Shown: positions 11,501-16,994 of the stretch, in pieces
How positions within the stretch are numbered: the first letter of the stretch is position 1
How the letters are laid out: the number at the start of each line of letters is the position of its first letter
Assembly (NCBI GenBank): GCA_038210985.1
Contig: JBBQWB010000005.1
Span: 19 to 64,018 of the forward strand
Source of the DNA: Bacteroidales bacterium
Lineage (GTDB): Bacteria > Bacteroidota > Bacteroidia > Bacteroidales > WCHB1-69
Reading direction: 5' to 3'
DNA: 64,000 nt
Notes under the pieces: model-generated
Seen by the model: the letters and a program-made list of their open reading frames with translations, nothing else
Told to the model about the DNA's origin: nothing
Databases searched by the model: none
Made by a program: the position numbers and the translations under genes

Positions 11501-11536
11501 ATTTTTGTAGATGAGGTTTGGATATTGTCAAAGTAG
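8513..11536 (+). CDS. Glycoside hydrolase family 92 alpha-mannosidase with C-terminal chitobiase-C-like and F5/8 type C (discoidin) domains
   Basis: Signal peptide; GH92 hallmarks GTGGHGHAYPGAQLPFGFMQLSPDT, GFSHTHLSGTG and GNEPSHHIAYLY. The C-terminal IYYTIDGTIPN segment and the GLVDGIRGTTNWRLGNWQGY...FIKVKAKN segment look like carbohydrate-binding add-ons. Confidence 0.9.
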   Translation: MKTPSRLFLTSLLNFIFLFLSAQKTNFTQYVNPFVGTGGHGHAYPGAQLPFGFMQLSPDTRLDGWDGCSAYHYSDSIIYGFSHTHLSGTGCSDYGDILIMPSVGIKTPGNYNFASNFSKKTEKASPGYYSVLLEKPNVLVELTATERCGMHKYTFPKKTEKLVFLDLKHRDEVLDSYIEIVSNTEIRGMRRSKAWANDQHIYFVIRFSKPFTKAEIFKDDIICSSSIFARSKNVKSRFIFSSKLREPLYLKIGISGVDTLGARLNLDKEMPNWDFEKIEQQANEKWNKELSKIEVEGGTDEQMRVFYSALYHAFLSPNVFNDVDGRYRGRDNEIYIAKGWNYYTVFSLWDTYRTLHPLLTLIDPARTLDFIKTFLAQYEQSGLLPMWELSANETDCMIGYHAVPVIFDAWSKGIKDFDINKAYEAMKASAMQKRLGISEMDILGYIPSDLEHESVSKTLEYAFDDWCIAQVAKSLGNDVDYQYFINRAQAYKQVFDKNSGFMRPRFNGGWMSPFDPTEVNNNYTEANSWQYSFYVPHDIGTFIQLMGGNKDFEAKLDALFEAKESLSGRGQVDITGLIGQYAHGNEPSHHIAYLYNFVGAPEKTQFYVRKIMNDFYTSKPDGLCGNEDCGQMSAWLVMSAMGFYPVTPGVNYYCIGSPWFKKVKINLPSGKVFTIDAPNNSESNIYIKSAKVNGVVNLSSFLLFEDIEKGSTLYLEMTDKKGSNFGKQIEHIPTTKILGELFWVSPIINAASRTFVDSILVDITNPNQDGKSLIYYSTNDSNKLEMIEEKSAFPKSNIYYTIDGTIPNRESKIATKVFYIHSTTEIKSIIIADNGKQSLITEAKFYLLPKNVSVKLTYPFNPQYNAGGAEGLVDGIRGTTNWRLGNWQGYQEADFEVVIDYGSDKMIKTIGAGFLQDAKSWIWMPTEVEYYTSKDGKTFDFAGKINNEIAQDDFEIQTLDFQFNLEKQTSARFIKVKAKNIGNISNWHPGFGFRGFIFVDEVWILSK

Positions 11537-11557
11537 TGTCTTGATTGAGTTATAGAA

Positions 11558-11598
11558 GGTATAATAGATTCCTCACTGCGTTCTGAATCTATTATACC
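11558..11598. repeat. Hairpin with a perfect 14-bp stem (GGTATAATAGATTC / GAATCTATTATACC) and a 13-nt loop containing the recurrent CCTCAC word
   Basis: Arms at 11558-11571 and 11585-11598 are exact reverse complements. Begins 22 nt after the GH92 stop. Confidence 0.9.
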
Positions 11599-11601
11599 GA
11601 A

Positions 11602-11684
11602 GAGCTAGTTCGGATTTGCAATCCGAACAAACAAAAAACTGCTTGGATTACGTTAAGCTCGGATTGCAAATCCGAGCAAACCGA
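11602..11684 (+). repeat. Intergenic repeat module A (twin hairpin GTTCGGATTTGCAATCCGAAC ... GCTCGGATTGCAAATCCGAGC), copy 1
   Basis: Hairpins at 11608-11628 and 11657-11677. The same roughly 80-bp module recurs at 56419-56498 and 63784-63864, and in a fused single-hairpin form at 47431-47464. Confidence 0.9.
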
Positions 11685-11790
11685 ACACCTAAATAAATTA
11701 ACAGTATATGCTTTTGTTTCAGGTTATTATAAAATTCTGTCTTTGGTAACGAAACGAAGTGGAGTGAGGAATCACTTATATCGAAGAACT

Positions 11791-11858
11791 GGTTCGCCAC
11801 GGCGAAGTCGAAGCATCCGCAGTCTCCTTCTACTTCGCCGTGGCGAATCAGGATGGTT
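11791..11858 (-). repeat. Intergenic repeat module B, full palindromic form
   Basis: Arms TTCGCCACGGCGAAGTCGAAG (11793-11813) and CTTCTACTTCGCCGTGGCGAA (11827-11847), with one mismatch. Each arm contains the inner palindrome TTCGCC-NN-GGCGAA. The reverse complement matches half copies at 21901-21962, 56222-56275 and 63867-63912. Confidence 0.85.
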
Positions 11859-11956
11859 GCTCTTGATAAAACCCCAATATATATCAGTATGTCAATGTAT
11901 TATAAGGTTTAGACATTGTTAATAAAACGTAGTGCGATGATAAATTTAAAACAAAA

Positions 11957-12122
11957 GTGTTGTTTGTAAACAACAAAAAGTAATATAAATTGTTGTGTTA
12001 ATACAACAATAAAAGATATAAACGTTGTGAACAAACAACAGAAAAATATTAAAAATAACTAATACAAACAACAAAAAATAAATTAAAATAACATATAGAT
12101 ACAACAAAAAGCATTAATTTTG
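11957..12122 (+). repeat. Array of five phased ACAACA(A/G)(A/T)AAA boxes (period 32-33 bp), the first three embedded in GTTGT..ACAAC inverted repeats; ends at the -7 box of the ATPase gene
   Basis: Boxes start at 11970, 12003, 12035, 12068 and 12101. Inverted repeats are TGTTGTTT-GT-AAACAACA, ATTGTTGT-GTTAAT-ACAACAAT and GTTGT-GAACAA-ACAAC. Confidence 0.8.
12115..12122 (+). promoter_or_regulatory. Bacteroidota -7 promoter box TAATTTTG (consensus TAnnTTTG) upstream of the ATPase gene
   Basis: Exact match to TAnnTTTG, ending 20 nt before the ATG at 12143. No clear -33 TTTG at canonical spacing. Confidence 0.45.
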
Positions 12123-12142
12123 TGGTATGAAAACAATGTATT

Positions 12143-13339
12143 ATGGAGCAGTTAATTAAATTTTCGCAAATAAAAGTTAGTAAAACGAATTTCAATTTCA
12201 CTAGATATTTGCTAGATACCATCGAGTGGAGCGACCGACTTATTGGCATTAAAGGGTCGAGGGGAGTTGGAAAAACTACCCTTATGCTCCAGCGCTTAAA
12301 AAAAGAGTATGGCAATTCAACCCAAGCAATGTATGTGTCATTAGATGACTTTTATTTTACAAAACACCGATTTTTTGATTTTGCCGAACAATTTTACATC
12401 ATGGGAGGAAGAGTTTTATTTGTGGATGAAGTTCATCGGTATCCTAATTGGTCACTCGAAATTAAAAATCTTTACGATGTATATGACGAATTAAAAATAG
12501 TTTTTTCTGGATCATCGGCTTTACAGATTCAAAAAGCAGATGGTGATTTGAGCCGAAGAGCTGCCATTTATAATTTGCATGAATTGTCGTTTAGAGAATA
12601 TTTATTATTGTCAAATAAAATGTCGTATAAATCATTCAGTTTAAATGATATTTTAACTAATCATCCCGAAATTGCGATGGATATTTCAAAGCAAGTTGTC
12701 ATCATTCCACTTTTTAATCAATATCTTCGCGAAGGTTTATACCCTTTTTTTATGGAAGCAAAGGGACAGTTTTATGATCGTTTAATAAATACCATAAACA
12801 CAATTATCGAAAGTGATTTGCAAATTATTGAAAATATAAACTACCAAACTACTTATAAACTTCGTCAATTGGTTGCTGTTCTTGCGGATAGTGTGCCTTT
12901 TAAGGTAAATATTTCGGAATTAAGTCGTAAAGTTGAGATGAGTCGAGATTTATTGTTGCGATTGATTATTTCCTTAGATAGAGCAAATCTTATAAAAACC
13001 TTACAAATAGAGGGTTCAGCCATAGGGTATTTAACAAAACCTGATAAAATATACTTAAATAATACCGAATTGTTATTTGCTTTACATAGTGGTAAAGAAA
13101 ATTTTGAAGGAACCGTTCGAGAAACTTTTTTTATGAATCAAATGATTCAGTCGCATAATGTTAAATCGTCAAAAACGGGTGATTTTTTAATTGATGAGCA
13201 ATTCACATTTGAGGTGGGTGGTGCTAAAAAAAGTTTTAATCAAATTGCAGGCATCGATAAATCCTATGTGGTAGCCGATAATATCGAACTTGGCTACGGT
13301 AATAAAATTCCACTTTGGTTGTTCGGATTTATGTATTAA
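12143..13339 (+). CDS. AAA+ ATPase of the AAA_14/DUF4143 type (function unknown)
   Basis: Walker A GIKGSRGVGKTTLM and Walker B VLFVDEVHRYPNW. The size (398 aa) and layout are typical of the widespread ATP-binding DUF4143 family. Confidence 0.8.
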   Translation: MEQLIKFSQIKVSKTNFNFTRYLLDTIEWSDRLIGIKGSRGVGKTTLMLQRLKKEYGNSTQAMYVSLDDFYFTKHRFFDFAEQFYIMGGRVLFVDEVHRYPNWSLEIKNLYDVYDELKIVFSGSSALQIQKADGDLSRRAAIYNLHELSFREYLLLSNKMSYKSFSLNDILTNHPEIAMDISKQVVIIPLFNQYLREGLYPFFMEAKGQFYDRLINTINTIIESDLQIIENINYQTTYKLRQLVAVLADSVPFKVNISELSRKVEMSRDLLLRLIISLDRANLIKTLQIEGSAIGYLTKPDKIYLNNTELLFALHSGKENFEGTVRETFFMNQMIQSHNVKSSKTGDFLIDEQFTFEVGGAKKSFNQIAGIDKSYVVADNIELGYGNKIPLWLFGFMY

Positions 13340-13398
13340 TAATTATTTCGATAATTTTCGTCATAGTAAAAGACCAATAATAAATGATCTAAAATTAG

Positions 13399-14340
13399 AT
13401 GACTAAAAAAAAATTAAAAGGGACGATACTGTTAATTTGGGTGGCTTTTTTAATGCTTAACATAATTGCGTGTTTTCATGCATACAAGTTCACGCATTTT
13501 TCGGATGAGATTGGCGAAAAATCGAAAGATCCGCAAAAATTATCCTCCTTTGAAAAAATTAAAACATTGATGTTTGGTATCGACAATCCAAGACCAACAA
13601 ACAATTTACGTCCAACCCAGCCATTCGAAACCATAAAATTAAAAGGCACCAAAGAAATCGAATGTTGGAGTATAAAAGTCGATAGTTCTAAAGGAACAGT
13701 AGTTTTGTTTCATGGTTTTAGCGGGCAAAAATCTTCGATGTTGGATAAGTCAGATGAGTTTATTAAACTTGGGTATAGTACATTTTTGGTTGATTTTATG
13801 GGCTCAGGAGGTTCGGAAGGCAATCAAACTACTTTGGGCTTTTTTGAAGCCGAACAAGTGAAATCCTGTTTCGACTATTTAGTTGAAAAAGGAGAAAAAA
13901 ATATTTGTTTATTTGGAACATCTATGGGAGCTGTTGCCATTTTAAAAGCCATGGATGAATTCAAATTAAAGCCTGCAACCATAATTATCGAATGCCCTTT
14001 TGGTTCGACGTACGAAACTGTTTGTGCACGGTTTCACAACATGAATATTCCTGCTTTTCCAATGGTAAGTTTACTGGTGTTTTGGGGTGGTTTGCAAAAT
14101 GGTTTTTGGGCATTTAATCACAATCCAACCAAATATGCAAAAAATGTAAATTACCCAACTTTATTATTTTATGGCGAAAAAGATGAAAAAGTAAGCCGAA
14201 ATGAAGTTAACGAAATCTTTGCTAATTTAAATGGAAAAAAGAAACTAGTAACTTTTCCTTTAGCATGGCACGAGAATTATCTATTAAAATACAAGGAAAA
14301 ATGGGTTTTTGAAACGGAGGCTTTTTTGACAAATCAATAA
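13399..14340 (+). CDS. Alpha/beta hydrolase with N-terminal membrane anchor
   Basis: N-terminal TM helix, HGFSG oxyanion region, nucleophile elbow GTSMGA, C-terminal W-H (LAWHENY) region. Confidence 0.8.
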   Translation: MTKKKLKGTILLIWVAFLMLNIIACFHAYKFTHFSDEIGEKSKDPQKLSSFEKIKTLMFGIDNPRPTNNLRPTQPFETIKLKGTKEIECWSIKVDSSKGTVVLFHGFSGQKSSMLDKSDEFIKLGYSTFLVDFMGSGGSEGNQTTLGFFEAEQVKSCFDYLVEKGEKNICLFGTSMGAVAILKAMDEFKLKPATIIIECPFGSTYETVCARFHNMNIPAFPMVSLLVFWGGLQNGFWAFNHNPTKYAKNVNYPTLLFYGEKDEKVSRNEVNEIFANLNGKKKLVTFPLAWHENYLLKYKEKWVFETEAFLTNQ

Positions 14341-14453
14341 ATAAAAGAACTTTTATTGCAACTAATTTGTTAAAATTATCGTCCAAAATGAATTCTATAT
14401 TAATTATTTATTTGAAATTAAATTATTATATTCATAAAACTGAATTTATTTTT

Positions 14454-14461
14454 TAAATTTG
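14454..14461 (+). promoter_or_regulatory. -7 box TAAATTTG upstream of the five-gene cluster
   Basis: Exact TAnnTTTG match ending 18 nt before the ATG at 14480. Confidence 0.45.
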
Positions 14462-14479
14462 CTCATAAAAACATACTAA

Positions 14480-14845
14480 ATGAAAATTTTAATATTTAGT
14501 TTCACACTAACTTTAATTGTTTTTTTATTTTCTTCTTGTCGTTCCGAAAGTGAAGAAAAATATTTTAGCAGTTTGGTGGCAATTCACACCTGTGATACAA
14601 TATCTGTTACTTACAATAATCAAATTAAAGCAATTTTCGAATCAAAATGTTTAGAATGTCATACCGCTGGTGCTGTTGCGGGTTGCGATTTAGATTCGTA
14701 CGAACATTCAACTAGTTATATTCAATCAACCCAGCCAATCTCTAGGTTATACGATTATGTTAAAAACAACGACCATCAAGGCGTTATTTTAGACACGTGC
14801 AGTTTAAAACAATTAGCCAAATGGATGCTAAATCCAGCTCCTTAA
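14480..14845 (+). CDS. Small lipoprotein with a single CXXCH heme-c binding motif (PSCyt1-like)
   Basis: Lipobox LFSSC; motif IFESKCLECHTAG (C-L-E-C-H); 121 aa. First gene of a five-gene same-strand cluster. Confidence 0.65.
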   Translation: MKILIFSFTLTLIVFLFSSCRSESEEKYFSSLVAIHTCDTISVTYNNQIKAIFESKCLECHTAGAVAGCDLDSYEHSTSYIQSTQPISRLYDYVKNNDHQGVILDTCSLKQLAKWMLNPAP

Positions 14846-14870
14846 AATTTAAAACTAAATTTAAAATTTT

Positions 14871-15746
14871 ATGCGTAAACTAGCTTTCGTATGCATCGCT
14901 TTATTACTGTTTGTTTTAACTTATGCTCAAGATAGCATTCCTATCGTTGATGATTTTGGCAACGACTCACCCATTATCGATAAAACATTTCCGACTATTC
15001 AAATTTTTAATTTTCCGACTACCGATGTTTTGACAAAAGGTGAAATGAAAGTACATATTGGTCATCGTATGGGTGAAATTAGTACTGGAATAGATGGGCT
15101 TTTTGGTCTATTTACAGCCAATTCACGTATTGGTGCCGATATGGGTTTAATCAAAAACGTAACTATTGGAATTGGCTCAACTAGTCAGCAAAAAAATTAC
15201 GACGCATACCTAAAGTATCGCATAATTCAACAAGGAAATCACAAAATGCCTTTTACTGTTTCATTACTTTCAGATATTTTGGTTACGAATGCGAGTGTTA
15301 ATTATCCGGATGGAAAAGATGAATTATGGCGAAAATTGTCTTATTTTTCCACGTTAATGTTATCGCGAAAGTTTTCCGAAAAGTTTTCAGCTCAGCTCTC
15401 TTTTGATGTAATTCATAAAAATTTGGTGGCTACTTCGGATGATAAAAACACCATGTTTTCGGGTGGATTAGCTTTAAATTATAAACTAAATAGAATTTGG
15501 TATTTAGCAGGCGAATACAACTATTTTCCAAAAGATCAAATAAATTCAGTTCATGTTTCAAGCAACCAAATTTCATTAGGATTTCAAATTCACACTGGAC
15601 CTCGCCATGTATTTCAAATTTTCATTTCAAATTCGGGAGGACTTAACGAAAGTAAAATTATTACCGAAACTCTTCATCAAGGTAAAATGAATCCAAGTCA
15701 TATCCGAATTTGTTTCAATATCCCAACTACATTCAAATTATATTAA
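14871..15746 (+). CDS. Putative outer-membrane beta-barrel protein (DUF5777-like)
   Basis: Signal peptide ending AQ, an alternating hydrophobic strand pattern throughout, and a C-terminal aromatic residue (...TTFKLY). The family assignment is from memory and is not verified. Confidence 0.6.
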   Translation: MRKLAFVCIALLLFVLTYAQDSIPIVDDFGNDSPIIDKTFPTIQIFNFPTTDVLTKGEMKVHIGHRMGEISTGIDGLFGLFTANSRIGADMGLIKNVTIGIGSTSQQKNYDAYLKYRIIQQGNHKMPFTVSLLSDILVTNASVNYPDGKDELWRKLSYFSTLMLSRKFSEKFSAQLSFDVIHKNLVATSDDKNTMFSGGLALNYKLNRIWYLAGEYNYFPKDQINSVHVSSNQISLGFQIHTGPRHVFQIFISNSGGLNESKIITETLHQGKMNPSHIRICFNIPTTFKLY

Positions 15747-15761
15747 TCAAAAACTTATTTT

Positions 15762-16619
15762 ATGAAAAAACTCATCTTTTTATTTTGTATGACTCTTTTA
15801 GCTAATGGATTAGTATTTGCCGAATTTATTAGTAATAACAGCATAAGTAAACCAAAGTCAAACAAGCCCGAAGTTATTTCGGTGTTAAATCAAGGCGATA
15901 CTACTATGCTATTTCAGGTAAAAACTGTAACGTATAATGGACAATATGGTCCTCGGCATGTGTTTGCAATTTGGATTACTAACGAAAGCGATCAATATAT
16001 TACAAGCTTAAAAGTTAGAGCAGCAACGTACAAAGCGAAGCTTAACAAATGGAAAACATACTCGGGAGGAGTTGTGCCAGTTGATGCCATAAGTGGACCT
16101 ACTCTTACTACTCATCAAACTCATGTGGTTGCTTGGAACGGCAAAAATGTTAATGGTTCAGTTGTTCCCGATGGAAACTACCGTGTTTATGTGGAGTTTA
16201 ATGAAACAAATAATACTTCTGGAAATCCTAATACATACGTTACATTTACCAAAGGAGCATCAAATCAACACCTAACACCTGCCAATACAAGCTATTTTCA
16301 AAATATGGATTTGCAGTTTTTTACTCCAACTAGTATTTCAAATTTTGAATCTGAAAAAAGCATTTCTTTTTCAGTATCTCCTAATCCGGTAAAAGAAGTT
16401 GCTCAAATTCAGGTAATCCTATTTAAATCAGAAAGAGTAAGTATTGATATTTATTCCATTAATGGAATAATGGTTCATTCATTCCAAGCAAATGTTTATC
16501 CCGAAGGACAACATGCTTTTTTATGGTATCCATTCGACTCGGATGTTAAAAGCGGTACATATTTTGCAAGACTCACCGCCGGAAAATCCGTTAAAATTCA
16601 AAAAATCATCGTTAAATAA
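15762..16619 (+). CDS. DUF2271-like protein fused to a type A T9SS C-terminal sorting domain
   Basis: Signal peptide. The core HVFAIWITNESDQYITSLKV ... VDAISGPTLT ... VPDGNYRVYVEF resembles DUF2271. The C-terminal roughly 80 aa (FSVSPNPVKE...GTYFARLTAGKSVKIQKIIVK) is a Por_Secre_tail-type CTD. Confidence 0.7.
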   Translation: MKKLIFLFCMTLLANGLVFAEFISNNSISKPKSNKPEVISVLNQGDTTMLFQVKTVTYNGQYGPRHVFAIWITNESDQYITSLKVRAATYKAKLNKWKTYSGGVVPVDAISGPTLTTHQTHVVAWNGKNVNGSVVPDGNYRVYVEFNETNNTSGNPNTYVTFTKGASNQHLTPANTSYFQNMDLQFFTPTSISNFESEKSISFSVSPNPVKEVAQIQVILFKSERVSIDIYSINGIMVHSFQANVYPEGQHAFLWYPFDSDVKSGTYFARLTAGKSVKIQKIIVK

Positions 16620-16625
16620 TACATT

Positions 16626-16991
16626 ATGAAAAAAATATTAATATTCTCCTTACTATTATTAAGCACTACAATTTCGGCAATAGCATGCGATATTACACTT
16701 AAAGTTGAAAAAGAAAAAAGTGTTTATTCGGTTGGAGATGAAATAGTTGTAAAAATTACGATTGTGTTAATTCATCGTGATTGTCCTATTAATATTAAAA
16801 ACACCCAATTAACCCCAGTAAATTTGAAAATACTTCAAGGAACCGATTGGAAAGAAGTTTCAAAAGGTACTTGGGAACGCAAGCTTAAACTTAAAGTATT
16901 AGAAACAAATCAAAAAGAGGCTACTTTAACGGTGCTAAGAACATGTGAACGGGAAGGTGGAAAAGCTATATTGAAATTTAAGTTGAAGTAA
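16626..16991 (+). CDS. Small secreted hypothetical protein (4 Cys)
   Basis: Signal peptide MKKILIFSLLLLSTTISAIA; 121 aa. The gap is 6 nt to the upstream gene and 3 nt to the downstream gene. Confidence 0.6.
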   Translation: MKKILIFSLLLLSTTISAIACDITLKVEKEKSVYSVGDEIVVKITIVLIHRDCPINIKNTQLTPVNLKILQGTDWKEVSKGTWERKLKLKVLETNQKEATLTVLRTCEREGGKAILKFKLK

Positions 16992-16994
16992 AAC

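Noticed and set aside
11608-11677. tRNA genes or tRNA fragments, suggested by the anticodon-arm-like hairpins of module A.
   Set aside because: No acceptor stem, D-arm or T-arm (no GTTCRA box) flanks any copy, and the stems are 7 bp and not 5 bp. I also found no convincing T-loop motif in any intergenic region, so I report no tRNA gene.
11957-12122. Possible CRISPR array, suggested by the regular roughly 33-bp periodicity.
   Set aside because: The repeated part is only about 10-14 bp and degenerate. The 'spacers' are themselves similar A/T-rich tails. There are only five units, and no cas genes or leader. It is better described as phased boxes or a decayed tandem repeat.
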